From the NCBI RefSeq assembly GCF_032444005.1, contig NC_091286.1, positions 660,300,001 to 660,364,000 on the forward strand: a stretch of 64,000 nt of DNA. The letters are read 5' to 3'. Source of the stretch: Ranitomeya imitator. Taxonomy: Eukaryota. How positions within the stretch are numbered: the first letter of the stretch is position 1; every line of letters begins with the position of its first letter. The notes beneath the pieces are model-generated. The model saw nothing but the letters and a program-made list of their open reading frames with translations. It did no database searches and had not been told where the DNA came from. The position numbers and the translations under genes were made by a program. This document shows, one piece after another, positions 38,394-50,669 of the stretch.

Positions 38394-40138
38394 AAAAAAC
38401 CAGAAACAAATGACCAAGGTCTATTCAACTAAACCAAAAAATACAAAAAAGACCTAAAAAATATATTTTTATTGTAAATAAATAAAAATTAAATATAAAT
38501 AAAGAACCACTTATAACCTATAGACAAAAAGTAGGGATCATAGGGTCAGGATAAGCTCATAAAAAATAATAGAGCAGAAAAAATATATGATAATAAGGAA
38601 AGGACTAGGGATCATAGTGGTGCCTCACCCTAAGCTGTACCCTTCCTTGCAGCGGAGGTTGGCACCCTGGGATACGAAATGGCGCCCCCGCTCAACGTCG
38701 ACTGACCCTGATAACCCTAGTAGGTGTCCCTACCACAAGCCACCACCCAAACAAACACCACAAAAAAAACAGAAAAAAGTGTAAATGTACACTAAAATGC
38801 TGTAGCTGGTACTGACTGCTGATAGTGATGGTGAGCTTATTATAATAGACTCTAAGAGATTACCAAGACTCTTACTAATGTGAATCACTAGAAGATAAGG
38901 TGATTTACAAAGAGGTAGATACAGGTGGAGTATAAGAAAAATTCTCAAGTAGTCACCTATTAGTGATTATACATATTAATGCTTTGGGGCTTTGCCTGCA
39001 TTGATAGTGATGCGATTGGCACAGGTGGTTTGTGACAGCCTTTGGTGATGCTTGTGCATATGCGATGATCCTAATAACATCTTTTTGGCAGTGACGCTAT
39101 GTATGGATCAGTTCACTGAGGGCTCTGCTCTGGCAATGATGCCAATATCCGTTGATATCTATAGAGCATCATATCTCTGGCGATGATGCCCTCACATATA
39201 TCTGAATAGACTGACTTTTTTCTGGCGTCGATATCACTGTATATGATATCTGGATCATGATACGCTCTGGCAACGATGCCCTCGCATATGCTATGACTCT
39301 GTTTTATTTTTTCTGGTGGTGATGCCATTAAGCTTTGATCAGCTTATTATTTATGCTCTATTTTTGAGACACGATGCACTTATAAATATTCATATAAGAG
39401 AATAAACCTATTATCTGTCTAGCGCCGATGCCAGTGTGCACCAAAAAAAAAGGGACTGAACATTGTCCATCATTTACGTTCAGATGTTTGAATGAATTTA
39501 TCTTTTTCTTGTGCTGATGCCATTGTGCACTATAAGGGATTGACCTAAATATCATTAATAGCCATGTCCCTATATATATATTTTGTCTGGCATCGACACC
39601 ATAAGATGTATCAAGACTCTTCTATTTACTAATAGGTGACTACTTGAGAATTTTTCTTATACTCCACCTGTATCTACCTCTTTGTAAATCACCTTATCTT
39701 CTAGTGATTCACATTAGTAAGAGTCTTGGTAATCTCTTAGAGTCTATTATAATAAGCTCACCATCACTATCAGCAGTCAGTACCAGCTACAGCATTTTAG
39801 TGTACATTTACACTTTTTTCTGTTTTTTTTTTGTGGTGTTTGTTTGGGTGGTGGCTTGTGGTAGGGACACCTACTAGGGTTATCAGGGTCAGTCGACGTT
39901 GAGCGGGGGCGCCATTTCGTATCCCAGGGTGCCAACCTCCGCTGCAAGGAAGGGTACAGCTTAGGGTGAGGCACCACTATCATCCCTAGTCCTTTCCTTA
40001 TTATCATATATTTTTTCTGCTCTATTATTTTTTATGAGCTTATCCTGACCCTATGATCCCTACTTTTTGTCTATAGGTTATAAGTGGTTCTTTATTTATA
40101 TTTAATTTTTATTTATTTACAATAAAAATATATTTTTT
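38394..40138. mobile_element. Element with ~510-bp inverted repeats and a 16-bp TSD (Penelope-like inverted structure, inferred)
   Basis: IRs at 38456-38964 and 39628-40138 are nearly identical; 663-bp spacer; direct repeat cctcagggacaaatga at 38378-38393 and 40139-40154. Confidence 0.7.
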
Positions 40139-41144
40139 CCTCAGGGACAAATGACATGAAAATGACTCCATTTTGCTTTCACTTTGATGGATGTATCGCT
40201 ATAGCGACAATGATGGGCAGAGAACACCGGCCGTAGGCATCAGAGCGAAAGTAGGCCGCATCAAAGGCTCATCATCAAAGTGAAATCACTAGGCCCGGTT
40301 TCCATAGTAACCAATTAGCTTGCAAAACAACACTTCAAACAAGCCTTTTCTTTTTCTGCTTAATTCATGAGGATAAAGTGAATAATATGAATCATGAGGG
40401 TTATTTTCACCCCCAATACTGAAACTTTATACACCAGTCTTGAAGATAACCATGCCGGAGTAAGATGCGCCAAATTTACTCAGAGACATGCGACTTCTAA
40501 TTAATTTAGCGCATCTTTGTGGCCACACCCCCTCCATACAGAAGACCCACCCTCTTTTCTATAAGCCACGGATTGATTAAAAATAATAAAACGAGATATA
40601 CTCACCTCCCGGTGCCCCCCTTGAATTTAACGCAGACCACCCTGGGGGTCTACGCCAGCGGTGACAGCTTTGTTTTTAAATCCTAGCACCGTTGCAGTCT
40701 GTAATTGGCTAGTGACTAAAAGAGAACGTTGTCGGGGAAACATTAAACCCTAGATCTGGGGGTTGCTGTATGGCGAGTATGCCTCCGTTTATTATTTGAA
40801 ATCAATGCATACGGAAAAAAATATTACTGTCCCTTTAAGGGAAAAGTAATTGTACGTGATAAAAATCAATAGAAAGTTCGCTGTAGTGCCCCTGGAGAGA
40901 GGAGGCACCAATCAATATGGCTGCACCAATTAAAGGGGCAGTATATTGGTGGCAATTGGTGGCATACTGCTGGATTATTGTTATGTCTCCCCTGGTGAGA
41001 TCGATCCTTGATCCCTCATCTGACCTGGATGAGGAGTTCTTGGGCGAGTGGCACTGGTGCAGCATGGTGGATGAGTTATGTACCTTGTATATATAGTAGC
41101 ATGTAAAACTTTTGTTTTTTTCCCCTAAAATACAAAGGAAATGT

Positions 41145-41253
41145 GTCATCTTTAAGTTTAAGCCTTTTAGAGATCATTTCATATTCAACTTACTTAACTA
41201 TTCACAATAGCAGTAATTTTGACCAGGGGTGCCCAAACTTTTACATGCCACTG
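41145..41253 (+). mobile_element. Tc1 right-end fragment (another family)
   Basis: Ends ggtgcccaaacttttacatgccactg|TA. Confidence 0.65.
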
Positions 41254-41277
41254 TATGTATATTATCAACTTATTATT

Positions 41278-43980
41278 GTGCAAAAAGGATCTTAACTTCA
41301 GTTAGGAAAATGAGAAGGGTTCAGATAGGGCTGCTGTTTCCATTGGCTTAGAAATGAGAAGTGCCAAGGTAGAAGAGCTGTGGGAGGTGCTGAGGTAGCA
41401 GAGCTAAAGAATGTGCTGAGGTAGCAGAGCTATGGGAGGTGCTGAGGTAGCAGAGCTATAGGATGTGCTGAGGTAGCAGAGCTATGGGAGGTGCTGAGGT
41501 AGCAGAGCTAAAGAATGTGCTGAGGTAGCGGAGCTATAGGAGGTGCTGAGGTAGCATACCTGATCGCCCCCCAAGGGCCGTGGGATACTCGGTACCAGGT
41601 CCTTCGGCTCCGGTCCGTGGCCCTGGGACGTCCGTGTAAAGGGGAAAGGTCTTTAAGGGGAATGTTCGTGATGCCACCTGTGGTATTCGGTCAGGATGAC
41701 CGACGCTGCTTAAAGGGGGTCCGCTGGGGTGATGTTATGGCAGCTAGATGGTATACCTTCCCACAGGTGAAGTATATCCCCAGGGCTTCCCGGTGTGTAG
41801 ATGGTGATATGGTGAATGGCGCGGTGAAGAACGAGGACACAAGGTTGCAGTCTCTTTATCTTTACTGAAGACTTCAGCATCCACAGTCCAGGGCACCAGA
41901 CCACAGGGCAGGCAGAGTCCGGCCGGTTTGGAGGCAAGTCCAGAGTTCCCTTGTCCAGGTGGAAAACAATAGCCTTCCCTTGCTCTGTAGTGGTGTAGTC
42001 CCTTACTGCATAAGCTCCAAATAAGGGTCTCACAGATGTGGTGTCTCTCTCGCTGTCCCCCGTAGTCAGATAGGACAAAACCCGTATGACTGGTGGCTTG
42101 AAGCTGGTTATAGGGACTCTAGCACGCCCCGGCCTCTGAGGGGTGCCACCGTGCCTCCTGGGTGTAGGTGCGAACAGGTAACCTGCAATTAGCTGTCCTG
42201 CTGGTCTCTGGAGTAAAGCATAAAGGTCCTTACTCCCTAGGTGTTCCGGCTACTGGGATTCTGCGCCTCAGAAGGAGGCAGCCTGAGCGGGGCTGGTCCC
42301 CTTCTGGTATCCTCTCCTTTGCTTTGCTTTCCTTGCACGCTCTCTGCAATACAGTTCTGCCTTCAATGTCTCTTTCTGGGAGCTGCAGCTCTAAGGGCAT
42401 GCACAGCTCCTTTTAACCTTCTTTCTTCCTCAGACTGTGGTCTGGAACTCCCTCCAGAACTCCTGACTGGAGCTCTGTCAGGAACTGACTCCTGTCTGGA
42501 ACTCACTACTCTTCCTACAGACTACCAGTTATATATATACGGGGAGTGACCTAATAAATAGGAGCAGAAGCTGCCCCTGGTGACCTGGAGTGTGAAATGT
42601 GTTGCATGTTTGTGATACCTGGATGCAGTTATCCTTCTTTGCCTCCAAACGTAGCATCACTCTCCCAGAGAGGAAAGCAATACCACTGTGACGACCAGGA
42701 CCCTGTGGCGCCGCAGACCGATAGTAGGTGCTAAGGTAGAAGAGCTATAGGAGGTGCAAGTTAATGGGAAAAAGAAACCTTAGCTTCAGTTAGGATAATG
42801 AGGGTTCAGATAAGGTTGGCATTTTCTTTTTTACAATCTATGAGAGGTGCCAAGGTATCAGAGATATAGGATGTGCTGAGGTAGCAGAGTTATGTGAGGT
42901 GCCAAGGTAGCAGAGGTGTAGGATGTGATGAGGTATCAGAGCTATAGGAGGTGCTGATAAATGTGCAAAAATGGATCTTAACTTCAGTTTGGAAAATGAC
43001 GAGCGTTGCGATAAGTTTGGAATTTTCTTTTGGCCTATCTATGGGAAGTGCCCATCTAGCAGACCTATAAGATGTGCTGAGGTAGCAGAACTTTGGGAGG
43101 TACCGAGGAAGTAGAGCTATGGGAGGTGGCGAGGTAGCAGAGCTATGGTAGTTGCCAAGGTGGTAGAGTTATAGGAGATGCTAAGGTGGCAGACCCATAG
43201 GAGTTGTAGAGGTAGCAGAGCTATAGGAAATGCTGAGGTAGCAGAGCTATGGAAGTTATGAGGTAGCAGAGCCATAGAAGGTGCCAAGGTAGCAGAGCTA
43301 TAGGAGATGCTGATGTGGCAGAACTATGGAGGTTATGAGGTAGCAGAGCCATAGGAGGTGCCAAGGTAGCAGAGCTATAGGAGATGCTGAGGTGGCAGAG
43401 CTATGGAGGTTATGAAGTAGCAGAGCCATAGGAGGCGCCAAGGTAGCAGAGCTATAGGAGATGCTGAGGTGGCAGAGCTATGGAGGTTATGAGGTAGCAG
43501 AGCCATAGAAGGCGCCAAGGTAGCAGAGCTATAGGAGATGCTGAGGTGGCAGAGCTATGGAGGTTATGAGGTAGCAGAGCCATAGGAGGTGCCAAGGTAA
43601 CCGAGCTATAGGAGATGCTGAGGTGGCAGGGCTATGGAGGCTATGAGGTAGCAGAGCCATAGAAGGCGCCAAGGTAGCAGAGCTATAGGAGATGCTGAGG
43701 TGGCAGAGCTATGGAGGTTATGAGGTAGCAGAGCCATAGGAGGTGCCAAGGTAGCCGAGCTATCATAGATGCTGAGGTGGCAGGGCTATGGAGGTTATGA
43801 GGTAGCAGAGCCATAGGAGGTGCCAAGGTAGCCGAGCTATAGGAGATGCTGAGGTGGCAGGGCTATGGAGGTTATGAGGTAGCAGAGCCATAGGAGGTGC
43901 CAAGGTAGCAGAGCTATAGGAGATGCTGAGGTGGCAGAGCTATAGGATGTGCTGAGGTGGCAGGGATATAGGAGGTGCTG
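41278..43980. repeat. 26-bp satellite with a 77-bp trimeric higher-order repeat (interrupted by a solo LTR)
   Basis: Monomer gaggtagcagagctataggaggtgct; 26+26+25 trimer with 77-bp period at about 43260-43960; three ~100-bp head segments at about 41278, 42754 and 42963. Confidence 0.9.
41561..42715 (-). mobile_element. Solo LTR
   Basis: Minus strand TGCGGCGCC...GGGGCGATCA; similar to the LTR at 25560-27226; imperfect 4-bp TSD tacc/gacc. Confidence 0.8.
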
Positions 43981-44399
43981 ATCTACTGGGGCACTCACAG
44001 GGTCTAGCTGGTACATAACAGAACTGAAGCAGAAGGTCGAGAGTCCCAATCAACACTTTATTAGCCGCTATCATTTTCTTTTGATGAGGCAATATGGAAT
44101 TTTGTAAGTTTTAGAGTCTGGGACATATCCAAGACTCGTTGTTCATTACCTTATCATAGTAGATAAGATTTCTAAAAAGAACCTGAATTTTCTTTCTGGC
44201 ACCTTGTGGACATAACATTAAAGATAAAATTCCAATACTTCACTCCTCTCTCACAAAAGTCCAAGAAGTTGAGATACGAGGTGTTGTTTGTTGGAGTTCT
44301 TATGTTGTACGGCTACAATGGATCATGGTGTCCATTAGATAACCAAGTGATCTGTCCATATCACGACGGATGTCAGAAGTGCCGGACAGACCTCACTTA

Positions 44400-44709
44400 G
44401 GCTAGGTTCACATTGCGTTAACAGCAGCCCGTTCAACACATGCGTTAACGGGCTGCTGTTAACGCAAGTGCCGACTTGTCATACCGCTAGCACAGATAGA
44501 GCTAGCAGATGCTCTATCTGCGCTAGCAGTGACGGACCCGGAAACACTGCAGCCCGCGTCCCAGGGTCCGTCACTCAATGACAGGACATCGCTAGCGCAC
44601 GCCCAATATGGGCTTAATGGCAGCGTTAACGGACTGCGTTACACCGTGTTATGCCGCGGTGTAACGTAGTCCGTCTAACGGACCGCTAAATCGCAATGTT
44701 AGCCTGGCC
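44400..44709. mobile_element. PIF/Harbinger-type MITE with internal hairpins
   Basis: TTA|GGCTAGGTTCACATTGCG...CGCAATGTTAGCCTGGCC|TAA; strong internal hairpin gcgttaacagcagcccgtt...aacgggctgctgttaacgc. Confidence 0.75.
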
Positions 44710-45041
44710 TAACTTATACTGGGGTCCACACCCCAGACATGTGAGATGGGGCACCGTTCTCTGAGATTCCAGCCTTGGGACAACATAGATGTTAGCACTA
44801 ATTCAGAATTTTGGCTGGATATACACATACGATAAGAAACATGACTGGTTTCAGACAAGCAATCATCATAGATTCCTATACTTTTTTTATTTTTTTATGT
44901 ATTGTAGTACCCTGCTAGTATTTTAGAGCATTTTTTCATTTTTATTATTTAGTGTGTTTTTACAATGTTAGTCAATCAAATTATAAAAAGTCTGTAAAAG
45001 ATATTTTGGTTTCCATCGTACAACTTGACCCATAACCCCAT

Positions 45042-45537
45042 TGTCATGATCCAGTTCTGAGTTTGTGTTCAGCTGTCTTGTCTCTGGACTGGTCATGTGG
45101 GAATTAATCCCCTCTGCCTCACTATTAAAGTCCTCTGCAGTCTGTGGGCCAGTGTCAGCTATAGTTCATGCTGCAGGGCTTGAGCACCTGATCTGTTCAC
45201 TTGTACTAGTGTTCCTTTTTGCCTCTGACTGCCTGTACCCGTTTATGACATGTTCTGACTTCTGGCTTGTATCCTGACTTCGTCTTACATCTCACGTTTT
45301 GGTTACCACGTTCCCGGTAGGCTCTGACTTCTTGTTTGTCCCTGACCTTTCCTCTGACTCCCCCTGTGTACTGCGCTGATCTCTCTGTGTATGACTTGGC
45401 TTGTCTGACTTCTCTTTCATTACCTGTGACACCTGTGTTGTTGTTCAGTATTGCTGCGCTGTGTGTACAACCTCTTTTTCTTAACCAGCACCCCCTGGTG
45501 GAAGTTGCACTATACTACACTGCAGCAGCATATTACA
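45042..45537 (+). mobile_element. Solo LTR
   Basis: TGTCATG...TATTACA; 5-bp TSD cccat (45037-45041 and 45538-45542); TATA-like tattaaa at 45123. Confidence 0.8.
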
Positions 45538-45597
45538 CCCATGGGTTGTAAAGGATTTTTTTTTGACCCACTGAGAACAGTCATAAAACGTCCCATG

Positions 45598-45710
45598 TAG
45601 GGGCAGACATATCATTGGTACAACCTGTGCAGCCAGCCAGGGGCCCAAGATGATGAAGACCTATAAACTATCCTTGCACAGGGGCCTTCTCCTTTCTCTG
45701 TCCACCCCTG
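45598..45710. mobile_element. Short hAT-type MITE
   Basis: Termini taggggcagaca / tgtccacccctg; degenerate 8-bp flanks gtcccatg/gtgccacg. Confidence 0.5.
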
Positions 45711-46114
45711 GTGCCACGTATATATCACACTTAACTTGACTTGTGTAGAGCAGGTATTCTAAAAAAGTTTCTAAACTTATACATTTTCTTTGATATGCTA
45801 TAGCCCTTTTTCTTAGTGTTGATTGGCAACGTTCCAGGTCGCCGACAATCAGCCAAACCTAGAAAAAGAAGCCTTTTCTTATAGCGTATGAGCAGTATGA
45901 TGTACAAGCTCCATACAAGCCTGTTTGTCCAAATACTGTTCTTCTCACGCCCGAGGCTAAAGTTTGCTTGTTTGATCGATCGGTGGAGGTCTCAGAACTG
46001 CACCTCCACCAATTAACACTGCCGAACAAAACAAAAAACAAAAAAACTTTAGTTATACTTTCATGGGTCAAAACATTTCATATCATCTCTAGGTTGGTTG
46101 ATGTTGATGTCTCA

Positions 46115-47082
46115 AGATCACTGTGGCTGAGCTCTAGAGATGCAGTAGAGAGATGGGAGAAAGTTCCACAAAGTCAACTATCAGTGAAGCCCTCCACCAG
46201 TCGGGCCTTTATGGCAGAGTGGTCTGACGGAAGCTTCTCCTGAGTGCAAGATATATGAAATAGAGTTTGCTAAAAAACACATGAAAGACTCCCAGACTAT
46301 GAGAAATAAGATTCTGTGGTCTGATGAGAGGAAGATAGACCTTTTTGGTGATAATTCTAAGTGGTATATGTGGAGAAAATCAGGCACTGCTCATCATCTG
46401 CCCAACACAATCCCAACAGTGAAACATGGTGGTGGCAGCATCATGCTATGGGGGTACTGGTTATCATTGAAGGAAACATGAATGCGGCCAAGTACAGAGA
46501 TATCCTGGATGAAAACCTCTTCCAGAGTGCTCTGGACCTCAGACTTGGCCGAAGGGTCACCTTCCAGCAAGACAATGACCCTAAGCACACAGCTAAAATA
46601 ACAAAGGAGTGGCTTCAGGACAACTCTGTGACAATTCTTGACTGGCCCAGCCAGAGCCCTGACCTAAACCCAATTGAGCATCTCTGGAGAGACCTGAAAA
46701 TGGCCGTCCACCAACGTTCACCATCCAACCTGACGGAACTGGAGAGGATCTGCAAGGAAGAATGGCAGAGGATCCCCAAATCCAGGTGTGGAAAACTTGT
46801 TGCATCATTCCCAAGAAGACTCATGGCTGTACTAGCTCAAAAGGTGCTTCTACTCAATACTGAGCAAAGGGTCTGAAGACTTATGACCATGTGATATTTC
46901 AGTTTTTCTTTTTTGATAAATTTGAAAAAAATACTTCATTTCTGTTTCTTTTTTTCAGTCAAGATGGGGTGCAGACTGTACATTTATAAGAAAAAAATGA
47001 ACTTTTTTGAATTTACCAAATGGCTGCAATGAAACATAGAGTGAAAAATTTAAAGGGGTCTGAATACTTTCCGTACCCACTG
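46115..47082 (+). mobile_element. 5'-truncated Tc1 element with a decayed DD34E transposase
   Basis: [34 protein letters not shown]...WPSQSPDLNPIEHLW (D34E); right end ...ccgtacccactg|TA. Confidence 0.9.
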
Positions 47083-47383
47083 TATATACCATTGTCTTAT
47101 CTTGCTTCTTTTTCTCCACAAACTCCATGCAGAATGAGCTGCTTCACCTGTTTTGTTCTTGCACGTAGAGAAGCTGTTTTGAACTTCAGTTCTAGTAATC
47201 ATCCACACACCAGTGCTAGTGTCTCCGCTCCCCTTCTCCATGGTCAGACAGGAACAGTGTCTGTGAACAGTGTCTGAGTATTGAGGAGGGGAGCGGAGAA
47301 GCTGACACAGGAGTACAGATATTTGCTAGAACTGGAGGTCAAAACAGCAACTCTAAGTGCATGGACAAGGCAGTTGAAACAGC

Positions 47384-47949
47384 TGTCACGGGTGTGTCAG
47401 ATGCAACAGACTGTTGCTCTACATCTGGCTGTAGAAGGTTTCTGCGTTTTGCATTACAGACGCCTCCTTAATCCTTCTGACTCTCGGACCCGGCAACCTC
47501 CCTCCGGCTCTAGTTGACACACCTGGACCTGGGTGTTTATAAATCCCCAGTCTGCTGCAGAGAGTCGCTGGTGATATTCGCATTTTTCCCATGTGAGGCT
47601 TGGAGCTATAGCAGTCGGTTAACTTAATCTCTGGAGCTGTTTGAGGATGTTTTGTGTTACCTCTCTGAGTCTGCTCAAGCTAAGTTCATTCCCCTTATTT
47701 GTCTACCTTTTTGTCTTTAGTTTTCAGTGGGGATTGACCAGTGCTCAACCTCTCCCCCTCCCTATTCAGGGCCTAGCTCTAGGGAGATACAGGGCTTAGG
47801 TTCCTGCTCGGCGATTGGTGAGGAACCAATTTATGGACAGTAGGGCAGGTAGGGTGTTATCACATCTGCCTAGGGGTTTCCACTCACCACTTCCCTAATG
47901 TCTGGGCTTTCTTCCCTTCATTCCTTCGTGTTGCACTCTGTGCGAGACA
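47384..47949 (+). mobile_element. Solo LTR
   Basis: TGTCACG...GAGACA; imperfect 5-bp TSD acagc/acacc; tttataaa TATA-like box at about 47536. Confidence 0.7.
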
Positions 47950-49703
47950 ACACCCCTTTCAACATGGAGCTTGGAAAAAAGGGAATAAAAATAAGGTAAT
48001 GGAGTATATTACAAATATTCCTAACTTTGCAAAGACTGATCTATGATTAAATTAAAATAAAAGCTTTAGTTACCCTTTACTGGCCTTAAGGTACAAGTCT
48101 GCAGTAACTCTACTCTGGATCAAGGGGAAAAAATCCCACAGACGCCTCCCAAATCTTAGAACCAAAAACACATGGGCTACTTGCACAGTGAAAAAGTCTG
48201 TAGAAACCTGTTCACACCACCAAGAAACTTGAAGACACAAAAAGAGCACAGCGAGGTCAAAAATACTCTGTTGTAAAGAAGTCACAGTAAATGAGCAAGT
48301 GCTAGTCAAAAAATGAAAAAAAAAATACAGGGTATTTAGTTAATACGTTTTTTTTTGCAAAAAAATGTATATTAAGCTGCTCCACCAATTTTTTTCATTT
48401 TTTGACTAGCACTTGCTTATTACTGTGACTTCTTTACAACAGAGTATTTTTGACCTCGCTGTGCTCTTTTTGTGCCTCCCAAATCTTGTAGAGACCCTTC
48501 CCAGAAGAGCGGGAGCCATTATATCTACAGAGGGACCGACTCCATATTAGCGTGGACATAAAATAGGAGGTTGAAGAAGCTCCAGGAGGTGTAATGCGTT
48601 GTGCCCCAACACTTTTGTTGCTCATGATATTCATTGACTTTCATGGCTTCTCTCATTCCGGCACACGTTGCCCCAGGACCAGGATTGCACTTTCCTGACA
48701 CAAAAAAAGAAAGGTATGTCCAGCTTCACCGAGTCCGTAAAAAAGCGTTTTCTTTATTCACAAACTTTAAACATGATTAACCCCTTCCCGACCTTTGACG
48801 CATACGCTGCGTCATGAAAGTCGGTGCCATTCCGACCCATGACGCAGCATATGCGTCATGGAAAGATCGTGTCCCTGCAGATCGGGTGAAAGGGTTAACT
48901 CCCATTTCACCCGATCTGCAGGGACAGGGGGAGTGCTAGTTTAGCCCAGGGGGGGTTGGTTCCCCCCCCCCCGTGGCTACGATCGCTCTGATTGGCTGTT
49001 GAAAGTGAAACTGCCAATCAGAGCGATTTGTAATATTTCACCTAAAAAACTGGTGAAATATTACAATCCAGCCATGGCCGATGCTGCAATATCATCGGCC
49101 ATGGCTGGAAACAATGTGCCCCCACCCCACCGATCGCCCCCCCCAGTCCCCCGATCTGTGGTCCGCTCCCCTCCGTCCTGTGCTCTGCTCCCCCGTCCTC
49201 CTGTCCGCTCCCCCCGTGCTCCAATCACACCCCCCGTGCTCCAATCAAACCCCCCCACACTCCGATCCCCCCCGCACAGCGATTCCCCCCCCCCGTGCTC
49301 CGATCCACCCCCCCGCACAGCGATCCCCCACCCCGTGCTCCAATCCACCCCCCCGTGTTCCGATCCACCCCCCCATGCTCCGATCCACCCCCCCGTGCTC
49401 TGACGCCCCCCCGTGCCCTGATCTCCCCCCCCTTATACTTACCTAGCCTCCCGGGGTCCGTCCATCTTCTTTCCTGGGCGCCACCATCTTCCAAAATGGC
49501 GGGCGCATGTGCAGTGCGCCCGCCGAATCTGCCGGCCGGCAGATTCGTTCCAGAGTGAATTTTGATCACTGAGATATAACCTATCTCAGTGATCAAAATA
49601 AAAAAATAGTAAATGACCCCCCCCCCCCCTTTGTCACCCCCATAGGTAGGGACAATAAAAAAAATAAAGAATTTTTTTTTTCCACTAAGGTTGGGGTAAG
49701 AAC

Positions 49704-49800
49704 TAGGGTTAGGGTTAGGGTTAGGGGTAGGGGTAGGGTTAGGGTTAGGGTTAGGGGTAGGGTTAGGGTTAGGGTTAGGGGTAGGGGTAGGGTTAGGGTT
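49704..49800 (+). repeat. Telomere-like (TTAGGG/TAGGGG)n block inside the piggyBac-like element
   Basis: About 16 hexamers of ttaggg/gtaggg; continues in degenerate form at 50498-50660. Confidence 0.9.
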
Positions 49801-49801
49801 C

Positions 49802-50143
49802 GGGATGTGCACACGTATTCTGGTCCTCTGCGGATTTTTCCACAGAGGATTTGATAAATCCGCAGTGCTAAACCGCTGTGGATTTATCGCGGATTTACCG
49901 CGTTTTTTCTGCGCATTTCACTGCGGTTTTACAACTGCGATTTTCTATTGGAGCAGTTGTAAAACCGCTGCAGAATCTGCAGAAAGAAGTGACATGCTGC
50001 GGAATGTAAACCGCTGCGTTTCCGTGCAGTTTTTCTGCAGCATGTGTACAGAGATTTTTGTTTCCCATAGGTTTACATTGAACTGTAAACTCATGGGAAG
50101 CTGCTGCGGATCCGCAGCGTATTCCGCAGCGTGTGCACATACC
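49802..50143. mobile_element. Harbinger-type MITE inserted in the telomere-like repeat
   Basis: Termini gggatgtgcacacg / cgtgtgcacatacc. Confidence 0.7.
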
Positions 50144-50153
50144 TTTAGAATTA

Positions 50154-50497
50154 GGCTATGTGCACACGGTGCGGATTTGGCTGCGGATCCGCAGCAGTGT
50201 TCCATCAGGTTTACAGTACCATGCAAACATATGGAAAACCAAATCCGCTGTGCCCATGGTGCGGAAAATACCGCGCGGGAACGCTGCGTTGTATTTTCCG
50301 CAGCATGTCAATTCTTTGTGCGGATTCCGCAGCGTTTTACACCTGTTCCTCAATAGGAATCCGCAGGTGAAATCCGCACAAAAAACACTGGCAATCCGCG
50401 GTAAATCCGCAGGTAAAACGTAGTGCCTTTTACCCGCGGATTTTTCAAAAATGGTGCTGAAAAATCTCATACGAATCCGCAACGTTGGCACATAGCC
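50154..50497. mobile_element. Harbinger-type MITE inserted in the telomere-like repeat
   Basis: TTA|GGCTATGTGCAC...GGCACATAGCC|TTA. Confidence 0.8.
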
Positions 50498-50669
50498 TTA
50501 GGGTTAGGGTTGGGTTGGAATTAGGGTTGTGGTTAGGGTTAGGGGTGTGTTGGGGTTAGGGGTGTGTTGGGGTTAGGGTTGTGGTTAGGGGTGTGTTGGG
50601 GTTAGGGTTGTGATTAGGGTTACGGCTACAGTTGGGATAAGGTTTAGGGGTGTGTTGAAGTTAGAATTG

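Noticed and set aside
38695-38725. ctgataa within the 510-bp inverted repeat as a hammerhead core
   Set aside because: It does not match CUGANGA and has no stem II/GAAA/UH arrangement downstream.
48999-49812. Pro-rich and PNPNPT/LTLTL ORFs
   Set aside because: They are translations of C-rich low-complexity and telomere-like repeats within the piggyBac-like element.
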